From a bacterium (GTDB lineage: Bacteria > UBA8248): 64,000 nucleotides of DNA. The notes below the pieces were generated by a model. The model saw only the letters and a program-made list of their open reading frames with translations. It had not been told where the DNA came from and searched no databases. The stretch covers positions 192,001 to 256,000 of the forward strand of contig OY843592.1 in the NCBI GenBank assembly GCA_963692865.2, written 5' to 3'. Each line of letters begins with the position of its first letter. Within the stretch, counting starts at the first letter, position 1. Positions 1 through 9,867 of the stretch are shown in pieces. Position numbers and translations under genes: made by a program.

Positions 1-2225
1 ACGCCCTGCAAATCCCGCCACGCGGCCGCAGCCTGCGCCAGCGGCTCGGCGCCGGCCGCTTCGAACACCGCCGCAGCGCTCGGCGCCGGGTCGTCGAGGC
101 AGCTTCCGCCGCGCGACAACTGCAGGTAGCGCGCGGCCTTCTCGACGTCGTTCAGCCCGCCGCGCATCCGGGCGTACGCGGACACGTCCGCTTCGGCGGG
201 GTCTTCCGTCCGCTCGCTCAAGCGGGCGAGCAAGGACTCGTTCGCGCCGCATTCGGCCAGTATCTCGCGCCGCGCCTCCTCGAAGCGGCCGGCGATATCG
301 GAACCTTCATACTCGAACGCGCAGCGCGCCCTGGTGAGGAGGGGGACTTCGCCCGGAGCCGGATTTCCGAAACGCCCGGCCAGTTCTGAAAGCGGCAAAG
401 CCTGAATGGAATTCGAGCCGGGCGGGACCGGGGAGAACAGCAGACTGTCCTTTGCCAGGTCGGCCAGGGCCTCCTGGAAACTCAAGCACATTTGCTCATT
501 CTTGCCGGACTGCCGGCCGTCGTGGAGGATCAGCATTTCAATTCCAACGCCGGGATATGCTTCTCTACTTGCCAGATCGCCCAGCAAAACGGCGGCGACG
601 CCACCCACGCTCAGCATCCCGAAGCGGTCGACGTAATCCGCGACCACGGAGGCGAGCACGGTCGAAATCGATGCTTCGGCGAGATTCGAGAGCGCCGTTC
701 TCGCTTCCGCCGGTAGCAGGTTCCCGCGCACCACGTGCATACTGATCTGAAACGCCTTGTCGTTCGACCAGTTTCGCACGATTTCGGCGGTTTCCCTCGA
801 ATCGGCCACCGGCAATTCGGCGACAAGCTCCTTCATTTCCTGAACGCCCATTTCGTACGTCCAGTAAACCCTCGCGAGCCCGCGCCGCGCAATCGATTCG
901 TATTCATCATCCGGGCCGAACCCTTTCGGGAGGTCGAGATCGAGGAATTCCTGATCCTGCAGGTTATCGAGAAGTTCCGGGTTCCGTTCAATACATTTCG
1001 CAAGCCGAGGGGCGGCGCCGAAGATTTCGAGTATCGCGTCGAAGGCGTCGGGCCGCGCCGCGGCGATCGGACTGTCGTAGGGGCTCCAGTCGTCGATCTC
1101 CGGGTAGAAATGCTCGCGCCACTGGTCCACCAGCGGGTCCATCTTCTCGAACCAGCGCTTGGGCCGCAGCACGATGTTCATCATATCGGCGTAGGTTCCC
1201 GGCAGTTCCGGCGACTCGTCGAGGCCGCTGACCTGCAGCAGGGGATACTGGCGGGAAGCCACCGCGTGATGATCCGCATGACGCTGCATGTTGAAAAACA
1301 TCCAGTTGCTGAACTTCCAGTCGGCGCTCCAGGAATGGCGCGGCATCGCCTTCTCCCAGCGGCCGTTGTCCAGGCGGACCCGGCGCAGGCCGTAGTGCTG
1401 AAAGTAGTTGCTCATCTTCATCGAAAAGACGCAGGACAGGCCGAGGAAGACGAAGACCGGAACGGCCCAGATCCCGCCCATCCAGAAAACCAGTCCGCAC
1501 CAGAACGCGACGCCTACCGCGTAGCGCCAGAACGGATTGTCGTAATGCCACACGGGCAGACGGCGCCGCGTCAGGCGTTCTATGGCGACTTCCCAGGAAT
1601 GGACGAGGTTGCTGGCAACTTCCTTCGGGAAATATTTCCAGAAACTCTCCCCCTTCGGAGCGGACCCCACGTCATACGGCGTGCCGACCAGGGCATGGTG
1701 AATATAGACGTGTTCCGTGGCGTACTGCGGATAGGAGACGGAGGCGAGCAGGAATTCGCCGACCCGGCGTTCCCAGGTCGTGCGCCGATGAATCATTTCA
1801 TGGCCGACGACGAATACGGCTTGCGCTTCCATCGTCAATATGATCGCCAGGAGCGCGCCTTCCCAGATGGAGAATTGATCCGCCGCCAGGATTTGCCACA
1901 TGCCGAAAACGAGCGTCGGCGGCCACAGAAACGACCACGACCAGACCGGCAGGTTGTGCCAGAAGAGGCGGTGTTCCGGCGTATTCGAAGGGTCCATGTT
2001 TTGTCCGTCCCGACCCAGCGCCCGATCAAGATACCCCGCCAAACTCATGAAGACGAGCGGCGGCAACAACCACCAGCCTCCATAGAGCGCGCCGAGAAGA
2101 ATCAACGGAAAAACGGCCAACGGCAGATAATGCGGAAGAGCGGTCAGAATGGACGGCTCGATACGCCGAGTGGCCTCAGCGCCGCCTGGGCCGGAGCCAC
2201 CACTTGCAACCGGACTCTGTGGCAT
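1..2225 (-). CDS. AlkB-like membrane di-iron monooxygenase/desaturase fused to a degenerate GlnE-like (adenylyltransferase) C-terminal domain; 3' end runs off the window
   Basis: Translated by hand from ATG at 2225 (RBS GAGGAG); open to position 1. Hydrophobic N-terminus with His boxes HEMIH, EHVYIHH, NYFQHYG, MQRHADHHA. C-terminal part has VAAVLLGDLASRE..IEMLILHDG, LTRAR and RGGLNDVEKAARYLQL, resembling GlnE. Confidence 0.85.
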   Translation of the reverse strand, partial: MPQSPVASGGSGPGGAEATRRIEPSILTALPHYLPLAVFPLILLGALYGGWWLLPPLVFMSLAGYLDRALGRDGQNMDPSNTPEHRLFWHNLPVWSWSFLWPPTLVFGMWQILAADQFSIWEGALLAIILTMEAQAVFVVGHEMIHRRTTWERRVGEFLLASVSYPQYATEHVYIHHALVGTPYDVGSAPKGESFWKYFPKEVASNLVHSWEVAIERLTRRRLPVWHYDNPFWRYAVGVAFWCGLVFWMGGIWAVPVFVFLGLSCVFSMKMSNYFQHYGLRRVRLDNGRWEKAMPRHSWSADWKFSNWMFFNMQRHADHHAVASRQYPLLQVSGLDESPELPGTYADMMNIVLRPKRWFEKMDPLVDQWREHFYPEIDDWSPYDSPIAAARPDAFDAILEIFGAAPRLAKCIERNPELLDNLQDQEFLDLDLPKGFGPDDEYESIARRGLARVYWTYEMGVQEMKELVAELPVADSRETAEIVRNWSNDKAFQISMHVVRGNLLPAEARTALSNLAEASISTVLASVVADYVDRFGMLSVGGVAAVLLGDLASREAYPGVGIEMLILHDGRQSGKNEQMCLSFQEALADLAKDSLLFSPVPPGSNSIQALPLSELAGRFGNPAPGEVPLLTRARCAFEYEGSDIAGRFEEARREILAECGANESLLARLSERTEDPAEADVSAYARMRGGLNDVEKAARYLQLSRGGSCLDDPAPSAAAVFEAAGAEPLAQAAAAWRDLQG

Positions 2226-2305
2226 GTCAGCTCCTCAACGGTAAGCAGAATTGAACCCTTGGGCCGGGGCTATTTTATCCCCGAATTCCTTGACCTGCAA
2301 GGATT

Positions 2306-3619
2306 TCAGGACTGCAAGACGGCGAGGAGACGCACGAGGGCTTCGATACAAAACGCAGTGGTCACGGATTCGGAGCCATGTCCTATCTGTCCGAATGCGC
2401 CCCACTTCAGCGTTTGATCTCCGAACGCGAGAAGTTCCGGCCAGCTGCCGTCCTCGTGCTGCGAACCCGTGAACCTTTCCACCCGGCGTTTCGCGTCGAC
2501 CCCGTCGAGGCGCCCGGCAAGATGAAGCGCCGAGACGGCCTGAGCCGTTTGAAGGATGTTGCCGAACCCCCCCTCGTCGTCCTGTAAGTCCAGGATGCGA
2601 GCCGCAAATACCGGGCGCAGCCGGTCGAGGGCGGGCCGCGCGCGGACCATGGCGCGGGCGGTTGCATAGCAGATCGCGGCCTCGTCGGGATACCATTTGG
2701 AGGAGCCCTCGAGTTTGCCTTCGGTTATCAAGGCTTCCAGCCATCGTTGGGCATCCCTGGTTTCAGGATGGTCGCCGAGATAGGCGATGACGTTCGCATT
2801 GACTACGGGGTCGGCCTCGATGCGAAAGCGCGACACGACGTCGGGTTCGTCGTCCTCCAGAACCCAGGTCATGAAACGGCCTTCCTCGTCGCGGTTCGCC
2901 AGTATCCGCGGAACGTTCCTCCCCAGCAGAATCCAGGGGTGAGTCCCGATCACGAGTGAACACAGCGCGGTGCTGTCGAGATCCCGGGGCAGGTGCCGGT
3001 AGTAGCGCCACAATCCGGGATATTCGATGGTGTCGACGAGATACGCCCTGGTCGCGGCGCAGATGGCCCTGGCGCGCGCTTCCCCGCAGCATTCCAGGGC
3101 AAGGGCGCAGAAAGCCGATATGAAGGGAGGTTTTTCGAAATGCCGTGGTATGTCCGGATTGCCTACGTTGAACCGGATGCAGCGCCAGGCGCCGTTCTCG
3201 TCTATGGTGGATTCCAGGAAATCGAGACCGCGGCGGATGCTTTCTCTCCCCGCATTTACGAATGCTTCCGTGGCGGCGTTCTTCGGGACTCTCTCCCCTC
3301 GAGGCGCGGGCGGACGAAGGGGCGGCGCCGGAGCGTGCATGGTCTTGCGAAGAAACTCGATAGATTCCGCACCGGTTTTCGCCTCCTCCCGTTCCGCCCT
3401 GGTGAATTTGCTGCGAGGCGGAAGGACGACGTGCGTCGATTCATAGGTTTCTTCGTGGACGTGAATCTCATGGCCTTCGGCCATCGTCACGCCGAATTCC
3501 TCTTCGATGGTCTCTTCGGGTTTGGCGAGAAGACGTTCGCGAAAGTCGTGGTCGTCGCCGGCTCGCGATACGAGGAAATCGGCCAGGCCAAAGGGTTTCT
3601 TCATCGATGTCCGCTCCAT
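2306..3619 (-). CDS. NHLP (nitrile hydratase-like) leader domain fused to a class II terpene cyclase beta/prenyltransferase-like alpha-barrel domain
   Basis: N-terminus LVSRAGDDHDFRERLLAKPEETIEEEFG...IHVHEET...HVVLPP matches an NHLP leader. C-terminus has PRDLDSTAL, DPVVNANV, QHEDGSW (QW-like) and GSESVTTAFCIEAL. Confidence 0.8.
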   Translation of the reverse strand: MERTSMKKPFGLADFLVSRAGDDHDFRERLLAKPEETIEEEFGVTMAEGHEIHVHEETYESTHVVLPPRSKFTRAEREEAKTGAESIEFLRKTMHAPAPPLRPPAPRGERVPKNAATEAFVNAGRESIRRGLDFLESTIDENGAWRCIRFNVGNPDIPRHFEKPPFISAFCALALECCGEARARAICAATRAYLVDTIEYPGLWRYYRHLPRDLDSTALCSLVIGTHPWILLGRNVPRILANRDEEGRFMTWVLEDDEPDVVSRFRIEADPVVNANVIAYLGDHPETRDAQRWLEALITEGKLEGSSKWYPDEAAICYATARAMVRARPALDRLRPVFAARILDLQDDEGGFGNILQTAQAVSALHLAGRLDGVDAKRRVERFTGSQHEDGSWPELLAFGDQTLKWGAFGQIGHGSESVTTAFCIEALVRLLAVLQS

Positions 3620-3621
3620 TT

Positions 3622-4036
3622 GGGGCTGTTGAAAAACCCGCCCCGCTCGTCATTCCACCGCCCTGAAAACCACCCCCCCCTACCCCCCCTTGTCAGGGGT
3701 CAAAACCGACCGAAGAGGGAGGTTTTGCAAGACGATGTGTTTCTCGTCAATGGCTTATGCAAACGCTCGTTCATCGGGGTTGTTGAAAAACCTGTCCCTC
3801 TCGGATCAACCACGTTTTACCCGTAGGGGCCGCATATCATGCGGCCCGGCCTTTTCGCCTTCACAATACGGGTCGCATGATATGCGACCCCTACAATAGA
3901 AACGACTATGACGGCAGTGGTCAATCCGAACGGGGAGGGGTTTTTCAACAACCCCTCCTCACTCGCGTTTGACCCCTGGCAAGGGGGGGTAGGGGGGGGT
4001 TGCCTTTACCCTCTCAGGGGCTTTTTCAACAACCCC
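3622..4036. repeat. Nested MITE-like element with GGGG(C/T)TGTTGAAAAA terminal inverted repeats and an internal GTAG-type REP doublet
   Basis: Left ends at 3622 and 3776; inverted right ends TTTTTCAACAACCCC at 3941 and 4022. REP pair GTAGGGGCCGCATATCATGCGGCCC...GGGTCGCATGATATGCGACCCCTAC at 3823-3894. Confidence 0.75.
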
Positions 4037-4100
4037 CATTTTCGCGTGTCCCGGCCGAACGCGCACTTTCCGCCGCCAGGTTGCCGTCTGCATGTTCGGA

Positions 4101-7040
4101 TCAGGCGATTTGCCTTTTGATCAATTCCTTGAATACCCCGTCGACCTCTTTCAATTCCTCGAAGGAACCGCTTTGTACGACTTTACCGGCTTGCAGCACG
4201 TAGATGCGGTCGGCCTGTTCCAGCGTGGACAGGCGGTGGGCGATGACGAGGCGGGTGGAAGTCAGGGCGGCAAGATTCCGCATTACCCTGGCCTGGCTTT
4301 CGTTATCCAGCCAGTTCGTCGCCTCGTCCAACAGCATGATTCGCGGGCTGCCAATCACCGAGCGGGCAATCGTGATGCGCTGACTCTCGCCGCCCGAGAG
4401 GACGGACCCGCTGGCGCCCACCATGGTCATCATGCCCATGGGCATGTCCTTGATTTGGGCTTCGACTTCGGCGGTCCGGGCCGCCGACCATACTTCCTCA
4501 ACCTCCACCGCGTCATGGTGACTGACCAGATTGTCCCAGAGATCATGCGGATGGAGTCCGACTGATTGCGGCACCGCGCCGATTTTCCGGCGCACCTGTT
4601 TCAGATTCAGGTGCCTCAGGTCGCGTCCGTCGTAATACACCGCACCGGCGGTCGGCCAGTCGATACCGAGCGCGAGCCGGAACAGGGTGCTCTTGCCAGC
4701 GCCGGACTCACCGGCAATCGCGACGAATTCGCCGGGACGGGCTTGAATCGTGACGTCGTCGAGAATCAACGGACCGTCGGGATCGTAGCGGAAGGAAATG
4801 CGGTCGAACAGTATTTCACCGCCCAGGTATTCAACCGGCTCTCCTTCCGTCACGGTTTCAGGAACGGCGGAGAGCAGCGGGCGCAACTGCCCGAACGCCG
4901 GCCGCATGGCGGCAACGGCGCCGAAGGACTCGCCGAGCCGGGCGACGGCGGACTGAAAAACGATAAAGACCGTGTAAACGACGAGAAAATCGCCGACCGG
5001 AAGGTTTCGGTCTCCCGCCACCGCGAAAAGCAGTACCCCGCCGGCAAGAAAGGGAAGCGCGGCGCCGAATGCCCGCGAATGCCCCTCGAGCGCGCCCAGT
5101 TCGAGCTCCGCGCGTTTCTGCTCGCGATAATCTCTCGCCCAGATGGCGTAAGCCGACCCTTCCGCATTATCCATCCGCAGCTTGGGGATGCCTCCCACGA
5201 TCTGGAACAGTCGACCGGCTACGCGGCGCGCTGCGCCGATCATCCGTCCATAAGGTGAAACTTGGCGCAACCCGAGGACGATGGCGACCAGTAGCGAAGC
5301 CAGGCTGAAGACGAGGGTGATGAGGCCGAGGGTGGCGTCATAGAAAAAAATGACGCCAAAAACCGGAAGCAGAAATATGATCGACACGAAGCTGTTGGCG
5401 ATGACTCCCCGCAAGCCGTCGCGAAGATTCTGGAACGTCATTCCCGACATCGCCAGATCGCCGGCTGGATGGCGGTGCAGAATGCCTGGCGGAAGGCGCA
5501 TGAGACGATCCCAGAAGGCGGCTTCGACCCGGGATGCCGAGCGCCCCTCGAGCCGCATCATCGCCGTGCTTTGAAGCATGTGCAGCAGTGCGCCGAGCAG
5601 GCCGAACGCCGCTACCGCCACGGCAACGGCATAGAGCGCTCCTGCGCTTCCGCCCGCCGATATTTCATTCGCAACGAACCCGAGCGCGAGCGCCGGCAGC
5701 AGTTTGATCATACCGCCGAGAAGCCCGGCGATGACCAGCCGCGCCAAATCCGCGGCCGACCCGTGCAGGGCGATTTTCAGCAGATCCGCCGGTTCCACTT
5801 CCCTGGACGGCAACGGCCGATAAAACACCCATGCTTCCCCCCCCAGCGCGCCCGCGCGTTCCGCCGTAACCCGGAGGCTGCGCTTGCTGACCGGATCGAC
5901 TTCCCGGTACCGCCCGAACTTTCCCGGCAGCAGCGCCACGGGCCTGCCGTCCTCGGCGCGGAATGCCAGCATCGCGTTGCTGTCGCCGCGCCACCAGTCG
6001 CCCTCGGCCTTGAATCGCACGCGCCGGGCGCGCAAGTCTGACGCATCGAGAATGTCGAGGAGGCTGACCGGCGTATCGGAAAGTCCCGAGCGCGCCGGTA
6101 TTTTGAAATCGATTCCTTCACGGCGGCCGATGAGTTGCAGGGCATCCGCCAGCGCCGTCTCCTCGATACCGGCGTCCCGGTCAACCGGAAGGTCATAGAT
6201 GTTGAAGAGACGCTGCCGCGCGGCTTTTTCGGCCTTGCGGCGACTGGTTGTCTGCGCGCGTTCGAGATTGACGTCATCGACCACGACCAGTCGGCGGTTC
6301 AGGCGCTCCAGGGAGAAAGCAAGCGCGTGAAAAGAGGCGAGCGCCGGCAGCAGCATGCCTTGCTCGGCCAGGGCTTCGGTAGATTCGCCCGTCAGCGTCG
6401 CCTCGTCGAACAAGCTGAGCCAGCTTGTGCGCGTCAGCGGAATCACGGCTTCGCGCGGGTCGCCCGCCTCCTCAAGTTCCGCCGGGTCGATAATGCCCAT
6501 GAACAGGCTTGCGCCGAGCGGCGGTTCGGATATCCACACCACGCCGCGCCGTACGGATAGCGTAGAAGGGGCCAGAGTCTGCGTCAGACCGGGTTCGGCC
6601 AGCGCGGTCGGACGTGGAAGGGGGTTTGCGAAACGCGACAGTGTTTCCGTAATGGCTGTCAGCCAGGTATCGGTCTGTTCCGCCAGTTCCGCCGGATGAA
6701 CCCGGGACAACAGGGAAGCCGGCAGACGTTTCAAAATGGCGCCCTGCAGTCCTTTGGCGATAATACTGAGCGTATTGCCTTCGTCGTCGTCTCGTTGGTC
6801 CGGCGCGACACCCGGAAGCAACCAGCCCGACTCCCGGCGCAGCAGATGCTGCGGCGCCGCCTGCTCCACCCCGTCCTTGAATTCGACCAGGAACAGGTTG
6901 ACGGCGCCCTGATCGATGAACCAGACGCTATCCGGATCATCGAGCCTGACCGGCAGGTTGCCGGCGCAGGGCACGGACTCGCCGAAGCGGTCGGCGAGTT
7001 CGGCTATGGACGCGTATTCCGGCTTTGTATGCCGCATCAT
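4101..7040 (-). CDS. NHLP bacteriocin-system ABC transporter, permease/ATP-binding subunit with N-terminal cNMP-binding-like domain
   Basis: Walker A GESGAGKS, signature LSGGESQR, LLDEAT, six-TM region, degenerate C39-like segment GDWWRGD...PVALLP; overlaps the upstream ABC gene (ATGA). Confidence 0.9.
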   Translation of the reverse strand: MMRHTKPEYASIAELADRFGESVPCAGNLPVRLDDPDSVWFIDQGAVNLFLVEFKDGVEQAAPQHLLRRESGWLLPGVAPDQRDDDEGNTLSIIAKGLQGAILKRLPASLLSRVHPAELAEQTDTWLTAITETLSRFANPLPRPTALAEPGLTQTLAPSTLSVRRGVVWISEPPLGASLFMGIIDPAELEEAGDPREAVIPLTRTSWLSLFDEATLTGESTEALAEQGMLLPALASFHALAFSLERLNRRLVVVDDVNLERAQTTSRRKAEKAARQRLFNIYDLPVDRDAGIEETALADALQLIGRREGIDFKIPARSGLSDTPVSLLDILDASDLRARRVRFKAEGDWWRGDSNAMLAFRAEDGRPVALLPGKFGRYREVDPVSKRSLRVTAERAGALGGEAWVFYRPLPSREVEPADLLKIALHGSAADLARLVIAGLLGGMIKLLPALALGFVANEISAGGSAGALYAVAVAVAAFGLLGALLHMLQSTAMMRLEGRSASRVEAAFWDRLMRLPPGILHRHPAGDLAMSGMTFQNLRDGLRGVIANSFVSIIFLLPVFGVIFFYDATLGLITLVFSLASLLVAIVLGLRQVSPYGRMIGAARRVAGRLFQIVGGIPKLRMDNAEGSAYAIWARDYREQKRAELELGALEGHSRAFGAALPFLAGGVLLFAVAGDRNLPVGDFLVVYTVFIVFQSAVARLGESFGAVAAMRPAFGQLRPLLSAVPETVTEGEPVEYLGGEILFDRISFRYDPDGPLILDDVTIQARPGEFVAIAGESGAGKSTLFRLALGIDWPTAGAVYYDGRDLRHLNLKQVRRKIGAVPQSVGLHPHDLWDNLVSHHDAVEVEEVWSAARTAEVEAQIKDMPMGMMTMVGASGSVLSGGESQRITIARSVIGSPRIMLLDEATNWLDNESQARVMRNLAALTSTRLVIAHRLSTLEQADRIYVLQAGKVVQSGSFEELKEVDGVFKELIKRQIA

Positions 7041-9247
7041 CCCGACTCGACCAGCTTGTAATACGCGCCGTCCCGATCCGCGATCAACTCCTCGTGCGCG
7101 CCGCGCTGCACCGTGACGCCTTTGTCGAGCACGATGATTTCATCACAGTCCCGCACGGTGCTCAGCCTGTGCGCGACGAGCAGGCAGGTGACGCCGCGAC
7201 GCCGCAGGGCGTCATCGACATCTTCTTCCGTCACGGCATCGAGTGCGCTGGTGGCCTCGTCCAGGATGAGGACTGTCGGATTGCCCACCAACGCCCGAGC
7301 GATTTCCAGGCGTTGCCGCTGGCCCCCGCTGAAATTCGCCCCGCCCTCTTCGACGAGGGTCGAATATCCCTGTGATCTGAGCAGGATTTCGTCATGGATC
7401 CGGGCGTCTCGCGCCGCGGCGAAGAGGACTTCATCCGGAATGGCCGGGTTCCAAAGCGTGACATTGTCGCGCACGGACGCGGTAAAGAGCACGATCTCCT
7501 GATCCACCATGGAGATGGACTGCCGCAGCACTTCTTCCGGGATATGATTCCGCAGATGGCCGTCAAACAGGATTTCGCCCTCCCAGGGCTGATAGACACC
7601 CGCAACCAGACGCGCCAGGGTCGACTTGCCGGAACCGCTGGGACCGACCACGGCAACGCGCTGCCCCGGCTTGATCACGAGGTTGAAGTCCTTTATCAAA
7701 GGCGGCCGGCTCTTGTTGAAACCGAAGGTGACGTTTCGCAGTTCGAGTTGGCCTGCGAGTTGGAGCCGGCCGTTGAACGTGGGGATTGACTCCGATTCCG
7801 GACTTCTGCGCCTGAAGGCGGGGTCTTCATCGGTTGTGGAGATGTCATCGAGTCGCTGCAAATCGGTTTTCAGCGCCTGACGGTTTTCGGCGAACTCCAA
7901 AAAGCGCTTGACGGGCGCCAGAAACATCTCCGCCAGGATGTAGAACCCGACCAGCGTCCCCAGGGTCATTTCTCCCGTCAAGACGAAACCGCCTCCGACC
8001 CCGAGAATCGCCGCACTTCGGAGCGCTTCAACCAGCCCCGGAAGCGAGGCATTGACGGATCCCAGTTCGAAATAGAGTTGGCGCGCGCGCAGTTCACGCG
8101 CCTGTTGACCACTCCAGCGCGAAAAAAACCGGTCGTCCGCTCCCGTCATACGCAGATTGCCCGCATGACTCAACATCTGCATGCCGAGGCCAATCAGCAA
8201 TCCCTGCTCGCGCCTCATCGCCTGGCTTCGAACAGCCCGATGGGCGTTGAGAAACTGGGCCAATATCCCGTGCAGAAAGGCCAGCAAAAGCACAATCAGC
8301 GTGAGCAGGACATCGTAGGCGAACATCGCAATGAGCAGCACCATGCTCATCGCCATTTCGATAACGAGCACCAGAAACTGATCCGCCAGATTCCTGGCGA
8401 CTCTGTCGATGGACGAGACCCGATCGGTCAGGTCGCCCGCCAGCCTGTGTTCAAAAAACTCCACCGGCAACCGCAGCAGCCGGGAAATGCCGCGACTGTA
8501 GCCAATCACCGATACCCGTACTGCGAGCCGCTTGAGGAACCGGTGCTTGAGCAGGGAGAGGACGTATACCAGGGCGCCGCCGCCAAGCAGGGCGGTCACC
8601 AATCCGCCCCAGGATCCGTGTTTTTCCATGGCATCGTCGACGAAAACACCGAGAGACGCGGGAATAATCAACGTCAACAACGTCAACATGAGTCCGCAGG
8701 CAATCACCCCGGCAAGCAGATTCCATGACCCGTCGAGCAAGGCGCCCAATTGCCGGAACAAGTCGGGCTGTTCGCCCCCGGGCCTGAAATCGGCGCCGCG
8801 CTCGAAGCGAAGCGCAATGCCGCTGTAGCCCTTGATGAACTCTTCGGCGGAAATCCTCCGCCGCCCCGTGGAAGGATCGTTGAGATAAAAATGACGGCCG
8901 TCAAATCCATCGAGGACGACGAAATGGCTGAATTGCCAGAACAAAATCAAAGGCAGTTGCAGCTTTTTCAGTTGATCGGCGCGTACGCTGAGACCGCTGC
9001 ATTCGAGACCATAGTGCCTGGAGGCGCGCAGGATGCTTGCGGCGCTGCTGCCGTCCCGGCTCACCTCGCATTTTTCGCGCAATTCGGCAAGCGGCGCCCA
9101 TCGCCCGAAGTAGGCCAGTACGATGCCGAGGCAGGCGGCGCCGCATTCCGACGCATGCATCTGCAACACAACCGGCGTGGTTATCTTCCGTTTCGATATT
9201 TCCGAAGAGTCCTTATCCCGGCCACCTTCGGGGGCGCGCGGCGGCAT
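7037..9247 (-). CDS. NHLP bacteriocin export ABC transporter with C39 peptidase
   Basis: QMHASECGAACL (catalytic Cys), HFVV, DP; GPSGSGKS, FSGGQRQR, LDEAT. Confidence 0.93.
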   Translation of the reverse strand: MPPRAPEGGRDKDSSEISKRKITTPVVLQMHASECGAACLGIVLAYFGRWAPLAELREKCEVSRDGSSAASILRASRHYGLECSGLSVRADQLKKLQLPLILFWQFSHFVVLDGFDGRHFYLNDPSTGRRRISAEEFIKGYSGIALRFERGADFRPGGEQPDLFRQLGALLDGSWNLLAGVIACGLMLTLLTLIIPASLGVFVDDAMEKHGSWGGLVTALLGGGALVYVLSLLKHRFLKRLAVRVSVIGYSRGISRLLRLPVEFFEHRLAGDLTDRVSSIDRVARNLADQFLVLVIEMAMSMVLLIAMFAYDVLLTLIVLLLAFLHGILAQFLNAHRAVRSQAMRREQGLLIGLGMQMLSHAGNLRMTGADDRFFSRWSGQQARELRARQLYFELGSVNASLPGLVEALRSAAILGVGGGFVLTGEMTLGTLVGFYILAEMFLAPVKRFLEFAENRQALKTDLQRLDDISTTDEDPAFRRRSPESESIPTFNGRLQLAGQLELRNVTFGFNKSRPPLIKDFNLVIKPGQRVAVVGPSGSGKSTLARLVAGVYQPWEGEILFDGHLRNHIPEEVLRQSISMVDQEIVLFTASVRDNVTLWNPAIPDEVLFAAARDARIHDEILLRSQGYSTLVEEGGANFSGGQRQRLEIARALVGNPTVLILDEATSALDAVTEEDVDDALRRRGVTCLLVAHRLSTVRDCDEIIVLDKGVTVQRGAHEELIADRDGAYYKLVESG

Positions 9248-9248
9248 C

Positions 9249-9800
9249 TTATGACCGCCTCATTCGAAACAGCGCAATCGGGGATTGTCTGCCGAGCTCG
9301 ATGACAATTCGGCATTTCCTGCCCGCAAGGGTATTCAAATCAACGCTTTCTTCGAGCGCGATATCGACGCGGCGCAAGGACACCGGCGCCGCGGACTCAA
9401 ACGCCGCCGCCCCCCCGGAAAAGGGCACGGCGGAAATCGCCCTGACTTCTCCACGGAGCGCGACTGTTTCTCCATCCCCCGCATCCGACTCAATCACCAC
9501 CGGCATCCCGGCCTCGATACGTGGAGCAATACCGCTCTCGACCCAGACGAGGGCCTGCGCAGTCCGGCCGCCCTCTGGCGGGTTTTCGCGCTTCTCGACC
9601 AGTACGCCGTCCACCGCGAGGCTGCGGGCCACGCCGCCGAAGAAAAGCCAGGCCGAGAGGATGCACAGCAAAAGAGCGATTGCGGCGACAAGCAGACGCT
9701 CCCGAGGCGTGGAAACCGTCAGCAGCCGGTCGAGTTGTTCGCGTTCTTCCTTTGCTTCGGCGACAGTATCATGAAATGAGCCAAACGGATTGTTGAACAC
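9249..9800 (-). CDS. Short NHLP-system secretion protein (HlyD-like, lacking the coiled coil)
   Basis: EQLDRLLTVSTPRE followed by a TM helix, typical of the NHLP HlyD N-terminus; C-terminal QSPIALF; only 183 aa. Confidence 0.75.
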   Translation of the reverse strand: MFNNPFGSFHDTVAEAKEEREQLDRLLTVSTPRERLLVAAIALLLCILSAWLFFGGVARSLAVDGVLVEKRENPPEGGRTAQALVWVESGIAPRIEAGMPVVIESDAGDGETVALRGEVRAISAVPFSGGAAAFESAAPVSLRRVDIALEESVDLNTLAGRKCRIVIELGRQSPIALFRMRRS

Positions 9801-9867
9801 GATTTGAGAGTAGCCTCATCATGGTATTCGGGCGAGACCAAATAATTATACAAAATCACAGGCCGGA

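Noticed and set aside
735-2417. 560-aa plus-strand ORF
   Set aside because: Antisense shadow of the AlkB-GlnE gene, which carries the real motifs.
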